Notes: generated by a model not told the origin, from the sequence alone. Numbered from the whole stretch's first letter, positions 39,896-51,740 are shown. The stretch is 57,765 bases of DNA, filler included, from Catajapyx aquilonaris (GCA_000934665.2; 2 parts of 2 records of this genome joined end to end with filler, not necessarily neighbours in it), one strand, 5' to 3'. Numbers and translations: made by a program.

Positions 39896-40250
39896 TCAAT
39901 CAGGCATTTGCTGCAGAACTTCTCTAATTTTTTCCAAGACATTTGAATTCATAGTATAGCAGCTGCTTGCATCATATGGTGGCTGGATCTCAAGAGCATT
40001 TCGTATACGGAGAACGTCACCATCCTCAGTCACAGGTAGCAGGCGCTTCTCGAGCCAAGCCTTCACTTTTTCCTTGCGTAATTTGCACTGTTCTGATGTT
40101 ACAGGTTTTGTGGTCAGTTTCAGGAAGGATGAGGCTCCTTCTTCTGTCATTCCATCAGTTTCATTTTCCAAAACAGCTACAGACTTCAAAGCATGGCCCA
40201 TTATGCAGTGAACCGACACCTTGTCTTCTTTCTTCGTCATCAGGATATAA
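39896..40250 (-). CDS. Gemin6: Gem-associated protein 6, coding exon 2 (to stop)
   Basis: Acceptor CCTTGGCAG| joins in frame (AG+T=Ser). Reads SYILMTKKEDKVSVHCIMGHALKSV...RKEKVKAWLEKRLLPVTEDGDVLRIRNALEIQPPYDASSCYTMNSNVLEKIREVL, a typical Gemin6 C-terminus. Spliced CDS is 522 nt = 173 aa + stop. Confidence 0.92.
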
Positions 40251-40559
40251 CTGCCAAGGATAATACGTGGATTACACAATAAATTCTGGTCCACTAAATC
40301 AATCTACCATGAATATAATTTTTCTCTACATTTTCTCTATTTATACCTATCTCCCTACAATGTGTTGTTAATAGCTAACAATAGTTAGGTTTATATTGCA
40401 CTTAACACCCATGAGCTATTAATGGTCCTTTAAAATGTTCCAGAAACCCGTATCTCTCACAATTACAACTGCCCTGCAGCGTTTGCATTAGAAATATTCC
40501 TCCACGCAACTGAACACTTCAAAACTACCACCAAATTATATCATGTTGTTGGCCCTTAC

Positions 40560-40726
40560 CTGCCGTCAACTGGATCAACAGTGTACACCCATCCCCTATG
40601 AGACTGACCATCACGTGTCTCAATAATGACTACCTTTCCAACGTAACCTTTAAGCTGGATGGGGTCATTTGTGACGACAGGATGGACCGATGAAGCCCCA
40701 AGCTTCTCACTCGTGCTTGAAGCCAT
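40560..40726 (-). CDS. Gemin6: Gem-associated protein 6 (SMN complex), coding exon 1
   Basis: ATG at 40726 (minus). Translates MASSTSEKLGASSVHPVVTNDPIQLKGYVGKVVIIETRDGQSHRGWVYTVDPVDG, with the Gemin6 Sm-like GWVYTVDPV motif. Ends at AG|GTAAG donor, phase 2. Confidence 0.92.
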
Positions 40727-41151
40727 CTTGGATGGTGCGTTCAGTGATCATCATAGCAGCGCCACGCTTATAGCAGCGATCGCTCCAGACCACCTCCAGA
40801 CGCTCTGCTACTGCACAATAACCGGCTACAACGTGTAGCGCTACCGTATGGCGTAAGTGTAACCGGTATCGTACCGTAATGTGATATATCAGGGCAGCGC
40901 AGATATAATTATTTGAAGTAGACAAACTCGTCGGGTGACGGGTTTAATAATTTCCGGGCTATTGCACACATTTCGTTGGAAGCACGGTTGGAAGAAAAGT
41001 GCTTACAGGCCCTAATCGTTAATCTACATGACATTCTGGTACTGATTTTCAATCATAGAAATAGGGCTTGGACGGGCTTGGATAAGGGGTTGGACTTGGA
41101 GCCATATAAGCTTGTGGGTGCTGAGAACAGCACCAGCACAATATACAGTAT

Positions 41152-41412
41152 TCTCCTGAGACCCGCGGCGTCCAATATATTGGACACGATTGGACATCTG
41201 GAAAAGTTTTTTTGGCGCCAACTAAGTGATGCCAACAGAACTGTAATGTGTTGGTATCACATGATTACAATATCAGGCCTCAATAGCTGTAGCCACCTAT
41301 AGCTATAGTGTCGAATATCTGACTTGGGCCGCGAAAATTAAATCGCAGATAAAATTGGCGGATGCCGCTGCTGAAGCTAGGCGCTCATCGTCTGATCAGT
41401 TTTATTTTTTTA

Positions 41413-41457
<45 letters not shown>

Positions 41458-42377
41458 TGCGATTTTCGTCAATGTAGTGAATGTCCTGGGATTCACAAGG
41501 AATGTGCATTAGGAAATACGAAAAGATGTGTCTGTGACAATCTTTAATTGTTGCTGTAGAGAACTGGTAATTTTCTTTTCTTCCTGAGACCAAAAATCAC
41601 CAAATGCCCATTTAAATGGGCACCCGAAAAAAGTTTTTTTTAGCTGAATGGGCTGTGACTTTTCTTTAAGTGCATGTACCTAATATATACACCCATAAGG
41701 AAGTGTGATTTGCACTAGAGTTCAGTTTTAAAATCTAGAATAGCGAGGTACCATGCTGGGAGGTCAGAAGGGAAGGAGAAAGTGTCGACCAGAATAGGAT
41801 AGGCCTACTGGTCCGTCAAGTGGGTGGTCAATTAAAGCACATGTTTGTATCAACTTTCGAGTGTTTATTTTTAACACGTTAGTTATGGTAGAAGAGGTAG
41901 GTAGGTGTAGAAAGGTTCCAGGGTGGGAATACTCACCGTCAGGGTAAGGCACCAGGCCCCACCCTGACGAAGTAACGTGACAGAATGTTGCTTGGTTGTG
42001 TGTAGCTCAGTCACACTCACGATCTGATTTCGAACTCGAACTCTTTACTGAATTTAGCTATTTAGTTGAGTTATTTAGCGAATCCCAGGACATTCACTGC
42101 ATTGCGAAAATCGCATTCTAAATATGAGTAAAAAAAATAAAACTGATCAGACGAGCGCCTAGCTGGCCTAGCTTCAGCGGCGGAATCCGCCATTTTGTCC
42201 GCGATTTAATTTTCGCGGCCCAAGCGAGATATTCGACGCTAGGTGGCTACAGCTATTGAGGCCAGATTGTAACCATGGGATTATTACCAGCATATTACAA
42301 TTCTGTTGGCATCACTGGTTGGCGCCAAAAAAATCTTTTGCTGATGTCGACATATGTCAACACCAGGTCTCAGGAGG
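41152..42377. mobile_element. Long-TIR non-autonomous DNA transposon, piggyBac-like ends, between Gemin6 and lachesin
   Basis: GTAT-TCTCCTGAGACC ... GGTCTCAGGAGG-ATAT with ~300-bp imperfect inverted arms. (TA)n expansion in the left arm at 41417-41454. Confidence 0.8.
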
Positions 42378-43986
42378 ATATATATACTGACTCTGGATGG
42401 CACAACCTGGGGCTGGCATCCAGAGACACAGCGAAATTTAGAATGAAGAAAGAGTTAATAGTTTGCTGAGACGGTCTCTGAGAGCCCATCCCTCTGACAC
42501 ACACTGAAAGAAATGGCCGGATTGGAATGGTAGTGTGTCGTCAGCCCTCTACAGCTGGAGGGATCAGAGACCATCCGTAGAATTCGCTGATCGGGCGAAT
42601 TCTCAAGAAGGTTGTTGGTGTTGGTAAATATAGGATAGGTAAAATATATGTATATTATGGGGATAATAATAATAAGGATTCGGGGGAGTAGGTTTTGGGC
42701 GTGACAAAAGGCCTTGGTGGCCTTTCAAATAATTTCATATTTATCTTTAATTGTCTTCTGAGAGGATTTGCTACCATGAATTCCACAAATGAATGTAAAA
42801 AACATTGTTTGGAGGTTAGAGTAATATATGTGAGTGATCAATTGAGTGGCATTTAAATTTTCAACATTTATCCGTTCTGCTTTTGTAGCAGCAATTGAGT
42901 CCTGTTCTCATTGGTTGTTTGTCATTATTTATTTCAATATTTTAGAATGATATTTTTTTTCTCGTTTCATATTGGGAAAATGTTCAGAAAATGCAATAGG
43001 AACTGACAATTCGGTACTCCAATATATTCTTCTCAGGGTCTCAGGAGGATATAGGTATAGGTACCGCGGTATACCCATCACTCCGCATATATCACTCCAT
43101 CAGTAAACCCGATTAAACCCATCAGTCACACAAAAAATCTCAGAGAACATTTCTATATATTGAGACAGTCAACAGTGATGAATGCTGCTGTTAGAGTCTA
43201 ATAATAATACCACATTCAACTACGTTTCACTTTTCTTTATTTTAAATTACAATAATATCTGACTGAAAGTTGTACAAAGAATAATATTTAATCCCATTTA
43301 ATTTTGGAGGAAGGAACGGACAAAGGAACGGGTGTGGATTTGGGGAATCAAGCGGCAGAGAAGAGAGGGTGGGAGGGGGGAGAAAATCATAGGAGAAAAT
43401 GAGCTGAGGCCTCTTTGGCTGAGGCTGAGACAGGAGAATTATCAAGCAATATATGGGATTAGAGGACCCTCTCACAGTGTACCTTCCTGCCGCCAATGAG
43501 TGCAGCGCCACTAAAGACTCTAACTCGCTCTAATGTAGTAGATATTTACTGTAAAATATATAAAACATTACACAACATTGAACGTGTGATGCTCTATGGC
43601 CTGCTCTGCATAAAAATAGTTAAATATCAGGTGCGTGATCAGGTGTAAAGTGCATATTAATCAACGAGGTATAAACTATTATACCCAACATTATACCTCG
43701 TTGGTATTAATTACATTCAGCGCGAATCAGCGATATGTTCGGATATGATTCAGGAACTTCAGGAACATTCAGCAACCTTCCATCTAGCGAGAGGAAGTTA
43801 AGGTTATCATTCTCTGAGAATGCTTTTGTAAGTTTAGATGGCGCGTCCGTTATTTTTCCGGTCTCTGGAAAAGAGGTGTGGCCATACACCCAGAATTTGC
43901 AGCTGTCGACCGTTGTTGGAAGCCGAAGGCGGAGGGTGTCGTCCTTTGTATTTCCATCATTTGTTGCAGCATCTAACCCCGTGAAC

Positions 43987-44032
43987 ATGGCAGCTCATAT
44001 GTGTCTCCTGGTCTTGTTGGCCGCCTTGGCGG
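43987..44032 (+). CDS. Lac: Lachesin coding exon 1 (signal peptide)
   Basis: AACATGG start context. Hydrophobic MAAHMCLLVLLAALA, then a phase-1 G|GTATGT donor that joins exon 2 in frame (G+TG=Val, giving ...LAALAVNG-QRTPTIS). Confidence 0.8.
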
Positions 44033-44066
44033 GTATGTATGATCAGCTGCGGTACACCTAGAAATA

Positions 44067-44803
44067 GAGGGTCCTCGAAAAAAAAAAGTCCCAATTTAAA
44101 AACCCAATAACTCGGAAACTTGTGGACATATCTTAATGATTGAAGTTTTGAAATGCTAAGAAATATTTCTTATGTCTAAAGTTTTGGTCTCACCTTAGTT
44201 TGTTTTGATGTGAGCTTCATTGTTGCTTGGCAAATAAAAAAGACAGCATTCGGTCTCGAGCCAAACCCGCTCACTCATGTCTGGAGTTACCATGGTGATC
44301 CTATCCTGTAGGTGCTGGAGGTGAAGAGGATTTACACCACACAACATTGTTTTTGATGATGCACATAAAAAGTCACCTCATCCATGAAACAAACCTGCCA
44401 TAGGAAAGTTTCATTTGTTAAGCCCCCAAGTGTGCAAAGTCTTGAATGAGAAGTTTCCCCATGCCTAGCGCCCCCAGAAGCCCAGATCTTATCCTGATTG
44501 ACTTTTTCGTGGAGATACATGTATGGTGAAAAGATTTGGCATCACTAGCACCAAGAGCTCATGCTAGCACCTATGGGATAGGATCACAATGGTGACTTCA
44601 GACATGTCAGATTGGGTTAGGCATGACACCGATTACCATATTTCAATTTTTAGAGCTACAAATGAAGTTCATATCGAAATAAACTTGGAGGAGACCAAAA
44701 CTTTAAACATTTTTTAGCATTTCAAAACTTTAATAATTAAGATATGTACAAGTTTTCGAGTTATAGGCTTTTCAAATTGGGACATTCTTTTTCGATGACC
44801 CTG
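44067..44803. mobile_element. Mariner/Tc1-derived MITE with transposase relics
   Basis: TA-flanked (G/C)AGGGTC(C/A)TCGAAAAA TIRs. Plus-strand relic PRSPDLILIDFF (WPPRSPDLTPxDFF motif) at ~44460-44520. Minus-strand relic FLWQVCFMDEVTF (FSDEATF motif) at ~44370-44410. Confidence 0.85.
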
Positions 44804-45116
44804 TACTATTGACCATTTTGTGGTAGGACTAGCCAGTGCCTCAAGCCGCTTTGGGGACATCCGAATAGGTTTTATTATGGATGCTTGGCATTAGGTATTG
44901 GAATAGGGAAGGGTGAAGAAATGTTGCTTCAGTAGTATGTGCAATGGACTGGGCTAATACGGCGTAGTTGAGTGTGACCCAGATCAGGTGTGTTGATATC
45001 ATGTCACTTGTACGAAACATATAAACTGGCCATTTGGAGTCTTGGCTGAAGTATTACAAATTGGATGCATGGCTGACAGCACCCCTGTCTTATCCAGCCT
45101 AGCCCTGTGTTGACAG

Positions 45117-45342
45117 TAGTTTTATATAAAAGTCTCTGCCATGCAGGGAATTTGGCACTGGCGTGCCCCCACAGGAATCTACTGTGGGGTCGTTCAGGTT
45201 GGCCGCCATTTGAACCAACCCAAACCGTCGTTTCCTCGGAGGGCGTCTGCAGACTAGGATTCGGGTAACTGCCACTGATAGATTCTGTGGGGGCATGCCA
45301 GCGCCAAATTCCAGGTCTGCTGGGGACTTTTATATTAAACTA
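45117..45342. mobile_element. MITE with TAG...CTA termini (Academ-like, tentative)
   Basis: TAGTTTTATATAAAAGTC...GACTTTTATATTAAACTA with ~65-bp imperfect arms; flanks CAG / CAA. Confidence 0.6.
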
Positions 45343-45719
45343 CAATATCGTAGGAGTGACAGGCTGACAGTTTGATGTAAAACAACTGGCACTGAATGCA
45401 GTCTATAGTGGAATCAATTTGTTTCACAAAAAAATTTCTTGCCAAATAGAATTATAGATTTAAAATGGCTGACATGATCACGTGACCATCAAATTAGCAT
45501 AACTGTTATTTTTTTGAAGAGCCCCAAGTCTAAGCTTAGCATTGATGTATAACTTTCCTATATAATCTTTTATTGTAACATTGTTTTGGGTTCATACCTG
45601 ATTTACTAAAAAGCGGGAAAAAATTTAAATATCCTGCCAGGCACTGAGGGTTAAGAGGAAACCCAGTCTGCAGCAGCCAAAAAAAAAGGGGGGGGGGGGT
45701 ATCAGTTGACATTTGATTT

Positions 45720-46010
45720 ATAATAATAATTCATGCCCCGTTATCAGCCTGCGGCTCTTTAGGGGGGATAATTTTTGTTTTGACTGGAACTCTTCGTTTC
45801 GGTTTTACTGCACATGCTTTTTGGGATAGGATAGGAAAGGAAGGAGGCGGCTGTGGCCTATTAGTTTAGGAAACAACTCCGGAATTCACCTGGAGGAACC
45901 GTGGGAAACCACAGAAAACCACGGTTAGAGTTGCCGGCACCAGGATTCGAACCCAGGACCTCCCGATTAGCAGTCGGATACCACATCCCCTCCGCCACCA
46001 CTGCTTCGGT
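45720..46010 (-). mobile_element. tRNA-derived SINE (type 2)
   Basis: Same head and body as 36050. 14-bp TSD TTGACATTTGATTT at 45706-19 and 46012-25. Confidence 0.92.
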
Positions 46011-46227
46011 ATTGACATTTGATTTCATGTCATTGTAAGCTTGCTAACGTCAGGAAATTTTTTGGGGGCGCTCTTCAATGTAGCTACCTGGATTCGAGTT
46101 ACTTTATTACTAAAAATTGCGAAGGAAAATAGTGAAAATCCCGCAGTTAGTTGTCGAAATTGTGCGCTTTTCCATTCCATCTCGATAATGACGCATGACG
46201 TATGTCCTTCAAAAATGTGAATTCATA

Positions 46228-46363
46228 TGTTGTGATGGTGTGCCGGGCTTGACGTAGAAATTTTAAAAATTAGTGATGCATTTTGGCTATTAAAATTTTA
46301 ATAGCCAAAATGTATCACTAATTTTTAAAATTTCTACGTCAAGCCCTGCACACCATCACAACA
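46228..46363. repeat. Spacerless 136-bp palindrome
   Basis: 68-bp arms centred on AAAA|TTTT (46295/46296) with 2 mismatched pairs. Confidence 0.95.
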
Positions 46364-46540
46364 CATTCAAATAATGAAAAGTGGTGCGAACTTTTGTTTG
46401 TTATGCTGGTGTTGTGTCAGATTGTGATGCAGTTCACCCAGAAGTCCTGAACATGTGGTGTAAAACTTGAGTAATAAGTATTTATGCAAATATGTAGGAA
46501 GCTACTGATTGCTTGAAAACACTTATTTACGAATAACTTA

Positions 46541-46685
46541 TTACGTATAAGTGATATTATATTTACGTACAAGTGATATATTTATATTTATATTTATATT
46601 TATATATTTATTTATATTTATATTTATATATTTATTTATATTTATATTTACGTATAAGTGATATTATATTTACGTATAAGTGATA
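46541..46685. repeat. (TTTATA)n microsatellite flanked by tandem TTACGTATAAGTGATA(TTATAT) units
   Basis: Direct inspection. Confidence 0.85.
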
Positions 46686-48637
46686 GGTTCTACGAACTAA
46701 ACATTGTGGTACCAATGCTTTTACACAGCTGCTGTTTACCAACATAAAGAATATTGCAGTGAACAATGTTTTGCACTGTAATAGGTCATCCACTCAACTG
46801 AGTCAAAGTGTTGCTCGACCATCTCCGATTATGGAAGATATGCAAGCATTATTTTCCTAGCAGCTTATCAGAAATAATATTCCTTCTATTTATTCCAAAA
46901 TAATGATAATAATGATGATAGTAGCTCCCAAAATGAAGTGATTTACATACATTTTTCTACCAAATATCATTCCCTTTTTTATATGGTAATCTTATTCACC
47001 ATTCTGTTATGTAACTCTTTGTAGTTCTAGTAAGGAAATGTATGAGTAATATGGTGTTAGCATGTATCAGTTAGTTATGTTATGAGTAATCAGTTTGGGA
47101 TGTAAACATGACCTCAGGGCATGGAAGTTTGCCAAACTCACATTCTTGAAGTTCCTCAGGTCTTCCAGGGTGTTGAAATTTTCGATGTTACAATACTTTA
47201 CTCATGTGATTGGTGGGAGGGAGTCATGAGCTTTGGTTCAACTTTTTTTCTTTTGTGCATTTTCTGTGTAAATTGAACCATTTTTGCAGCCATACAGAGT
47301 GTATGTTTTCTGGAAAGGGGGCAGTTGTAGAGGGGTGGGGAGGAAGGGGTGGGGGTCACACATTTATGGAAACATGTTTGGGGAGTCACAGTTGGTAAAA
47401 GGTTGGAAACCATGATTTAAGCTGTAAAGGGTTTTTATGCTTGAGCTGGGCATGCAAAATTAATTTGTCACTGCCATGCCGTCAAATATGATTCCAATAT
47501 TGTGATTTGGCTTTCATTGGATATGATTTGTTTGAAACTGATTGTAATTAAATTATTGTTAGAAGGAGCCTATGAATGTCGTTGTAGAATACTCAAGGAA
47601 TGTGTGATTAAATTATTACCAGCCAGTTTCTATTCTAACCCAACTCACAAGCATCAATTTTACTTCGCAAAAGTTACTATTGATATATTGTTCTTAGATC
47701 TAAAGATCACTCTACACTTAGGGCCCCCATCAGTCTCCTTCACTCATCACCAATACCGATGGTTGCTCCACCTGAGCCTTGTGATTGACATAATGCAGTA
47801 GAATTAATTTGAAATGGCTGATTGGGCCTGTCAGGCTTCCCTACAGTCATGAAGAATTTGGTGCGGGTACATGACAAAGCGGTGTAACATATGTATTTAA
47901 AACTGTATTATTTTGTTACTATTTGAGCAATGTGGGATTATTTGAAGGAAAGTAATTCCATCACAGATTTGTTAAATATTGTAGATTCCCAAAATGTCAT
48001 TTCTGTGCATCTGGGTTTGGTAGTGATTTCACCAGCTGTCATGTAATTGAGGACAGGGCAGGAGTTGTCCCGACATAAACCCCATAAACCAGGGGTCTCA
48101 AACTCGATTAGGTAGAGGGCCACATAAGATTGCTGGAACTTTAGTGCGGGCCACACTTACCAGCGGTGCAATATGCTAACAGGAAACTAGTACTATAAAC
48201 AAGTGACTGGTTAAGGTCAACCCCCTCCGATTTGGATGAAACTTGCTTGAGGGGTCATTCATGTGCGATAGACACAGTGGTGAAAGTTTAAGCTGACACT
48301 ATCCAGCCGTTTCTGAGATACGAGCGACAGAAACATCTGAATTTTGGCCCTGTGCATAGAGCTCGGGCGAGAAGGGACGAGTGCAAGGAAGAGCTGATGG
48401 TAGTCAAGTGGCTAGAGCGTTGGACTTGTGATTTTGCTGGGAGTCGCTCTGCCAGCTCCAAATCCCTTCTACCTTGATTCCCCCCGCCCCCTGGTGTATG
48501 GGATCGTCAGAAGGGGTCCCTTCTGACGATCCCATACACCAGGGCTATTCAACTGGTGGACTGCGGTCCGGATCTGGACTGCGACGTAATTTTGTCCGGA
48601 CCACGACGATATACAGGACAGTTTGAAATAGCATTAA

Positions 48638-49317
48638 AATGGGGAAGTAGCCTTCATTTTGGAAACTACATAATAAATTCGCCCATATTTTTTGGATTTT
48701 TTTGGAATATTTCGTTTTAAGATATCAGTTTCAGTTCCGGAGATAATTGCGTTTTTTCGTAGGCAAATGGTGACGTCACTGTTTGCCTAGAAAATGTTGA
48801 CGTCACGCGAAGTGAAATGAACGCAAAAATGGTGTCATAGAACGCGCCCCGTCATTGTCGTAAAATGCTTCGCTGTTGTTAGCAACCGTCCCATTCCGTG
48901 AGCAAGATAGCGGCCGGGGCGCGTATTTATTCCAGGCCGCTCAAACCGCTTCTGGGCTGACAGTGGTGCCAACTGGTAGGAATTATCTGTCACCCGAATT
49001 CGGCACATGAAGGCCCCTTTTCTCCAGCTCGATGGCCTACAGCCGCCTTGCGAATGCTTTCCGTCGTGTCCGCGGTTAATTCAAAGTCAAATTCCTCATA
49101 TCTCGCAGTCAACCAGGCATTTCAGTGTACCCTTTCGATTGGCACCACCCGGCTGCCCCGTTTTTCCCGCCAATTTTGAATGCACTTTTAAATGTACCGT
49201 AATTTATCCAGTAATGTCATTTTGATGCAACAAAGTGATGGAATGTATGTTTACAGGCATGGGCTAGCTAGTTATGAACAAAAATCCCAAATCCCAGACC
49301 AAGGCTACTTCCCCATT
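48638..49317. mobile_element. MITE with 17-bp TIRs (Kolobok-like, tentative)
   Basis: AATGGGGAAGTAGCCTT / AAGGCTACTTCCCCATT; inserted into the tail of the adjacent SINE. Confidence 0.7.
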
Positions 49318-49574
49318 ATGGATACCCCGTGATAAGCCTCCTTGGGCTCTTTAGGGGATCATCTTTTTAATTAACCGACTTTAATCATTGCCTTTGCTAT
49401 GATGGATTTTGATAGTGGGAGGAAACAGGAGAACCCCGAGAAAACCCACGCGAACACGGAGAGAACCAATCGAAACGCTATCCACATAAGTATCCTCTGT
49501 CCAATCCGAGGATCGAACTTGGGACCTTAGAGGTGGAAGGCTGCAGCGCTAACCACTCCGCCACCGTGTCGCCC
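49318..49574 (-). mobile_element. tRNA-derived SINE with a V-domain-like core (type 3)
   Basis: Head GGGCGACACGGTGGCGGAGTGGTTAGCG...AGTTCGATCCT. Core GTTCTCTCCGTGTTCGCGTGGGTTTTCTCGGGGTTCTCCTGTTTCCTCCCAC resembles the V-SINE domain. TSD AAATAGCATTA at 48626-36 and 49579-89. Confidence 0.82.
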
Positions 49575-51241
49575 GTTAAAATAGCATTAGAAATTACTAA
49601 TTCATGATTTTTTGGGAAAAGTGCTACCCATTTTATCAAACACACACCCATTCAAATCTCCCACTTTCACATAAGCTCGTGTGACCTTCCACCCCCTCAA
49701 AAAAATTTCGCCTGCGCCGGGCTTGCTCCCCGCCCTTTACGGCTTGTTCACCTTGTGCTTATGAAATGGGCCCCCCTCCGAAATTTTCCTGCCTACGCAC
49801 CTGTACAGGACATCATAAAGGGCGAAAATGTCTTAATATGTCCTGTCTTGATAGGCCCTTCTACCCTTGCCGCACGTGTTTCTATTTTCAAAAATTTACC
49901 CTGTGGTACCATATAAAAATATATAATCCATATCTTTACCCGGGGGGGGGGGGGGGGGTCCGGACCTTCAATGGCCCAGGAAAGGTAAATACTGGACCTT
50001 GTCAGAAACTAGTTGAATACCCCTGATATAACCTTCCAACACAGCTCTTTAACATTCAATCGCAGAAATATTGCCACTAGTCCGTTGTCTCAATACTGGT
50101 GGCATATAACTAACTTTTATGGTATTTTCGTGTAGTAGTATAATATTATCCAGCTAAGACCTCACAAATCCCCCAGCACGTACCCGTGTGCAACCTGGCT
50201 TCCACTTGGGTAGTAAGCAATGGCTCAAATTAAGACTACAGGTAAGAACAGTTAGTCAGAATCAGTTACATTAGAGGAAGTCTGAAGGTTGAAATTAGAA
50301 GAAAAAAAAACGGATATGGGTTACCACAAAGTGACCAGAAGGAAATGACCAATGTACAGAAAATTGGTGCGGTTTAATTCTTGAAATTGTTGCGTAAGAA
50401 ATCAGTCCTAAGTAAGGTGAGCCAAACGAAGTCCGAATGAGGTGACAGGCCGAATAGAAGATGGAAATTAGTCAGATTGACATCCGGGAATTTGAGGTTA
50501 CAGTTATGAGTGTTTTATGAAACTTGGATGAGCAATAGGTTGCGTAAGCAAGAGGAAATTATGTGAAGATCAAATGGGAAGCAACAGGTTACCAGAAATG
50601 GGATGTGATACATGAATGTCACAGTTGGTGGAGGCCTGCGATTAGTGGGACGGTTCATACTGGCCGTTGTTGGGCAGCGCTAATGCGTGTCGCCGGGTAT
50701 CAATCGCGTGTCTCAAACATTGAAGCATGAATTTGGGCTACTTGTGGTGAACTGGGTTACATGAGATTTTGCCAAGTGAGACTGCTAAGGATGATGTGAA
50801 GGCACACTTCGTGGTGGCTTGGCAATGTGTAGCCTAAAGGATGAAGAAGGAGAAGACTGTGAAGATGTACAGGGCTGAAAGGCTATGCTGGGCCAGCCCC
50901 CTTAAACTTAAACTTTAATGTGAAGATGTACAGTATTTTGCTGTTGTGATAAAGGAGAAGGGTAACAATAGCCCTAGGAAATCATGGTCTGCCCAGGGGA
51001 GAGGACACTCTAAGTATAGAGGTGTTGCTGGTTCACTCTAACGTCTAACGGATCCCAGCCCAAGTGCCAAGGGTCTTGGGAAGGCAGGGAAGGTGAGGTG
51101 GGGATGAGGGTGCAAAGAAAGGAAGAGAGAGAGTGATGTTTAGCATTTACTGTAAAAGGTTTCATGCATTCTCTACTTGCATAGGAAGCTTGCAGTGATA
51201 ATTGTATAACATTAAACATAACATTCTTTTTAATGTTTCAG

Positions 51242-51740
51242 TGAATGGGCAGCGAACACCAACCATCTCATACATTTCTCAAGAACAAGTTCGGGACATA
51301 GGTGGTGCAGTCGAACTTGAATGTTCAGTGCAGTATGCCCGGGACTATCCAGTCCTGTGGATCAAGCTAGATAGGGACAGGGTTCGTGACCCACTCCCGA
51401 TCTCAACAGGGAGCAGTCTGATCCTGAAAGACAACAGATATTCGCTGCGCTACAATCCATCTAGCTCAATGTACACTCTGCAGATCAAGGACATACAAGA
51501 GTCAGATTCTGGTTCCTACAGATGCCAAGTGATCATCAGTCTAAACAACAAAATCGCTGCAGATGTACCTCTGTTGGTCAGGCTGCCTCCTGTCATCTCT
51601 GACAACTCAACTCGTTCATTGGTGGTCAGTGAGGGACAGAGTGTGCAGCTGGAATGTTATGCTGGGGGTTACCCACCTCCTAGGATCTCCTGGCGAAGGG
51701 AGAATAATGCCATTCTGCCCACTTATGGATCCATCTTCAG
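51242..51740 (+). CDS. Lac: Lachesin coding exon 2 (Ig domain 1 and first part of Ig domain 2)
   Basis: TTTCAG acceptor. QRTPTISYISQEQVRDIGGAVELECSVQYARDYPVLWIK...YTLQIKDIQESDSGSYRCQV...PPVISDNSTRSLVVSEGQSVQLECYAGGYPPPRISWRRENNAILPT matches insect lachesin. Ends at AG|GT donor. Confidence 0.95.

Larger units (their letters stand above)
48540..50025. mobile_element. hAT-like MITE hosting a SINE and a MITE
   Basis: TIRs CAGGGCTATTCAACT / AGTTGAATACCCCTG with GGTCCGGA subterminal motifs. No matching TSD seen. Confidence 0.7.

Noticed and set aside
39896..40294. Single-exon 132-aa ORF starting MDQNLL
   Set aside because: Its N-terminal part is intronic. The true reading frame splices from the exon at 40560-40726.
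42600..43030. Possible decayed LINE ORF2 fragment on the minus strand (similarly 50230-50870)
   Set aside because: Too degenerate to support without a homology search.
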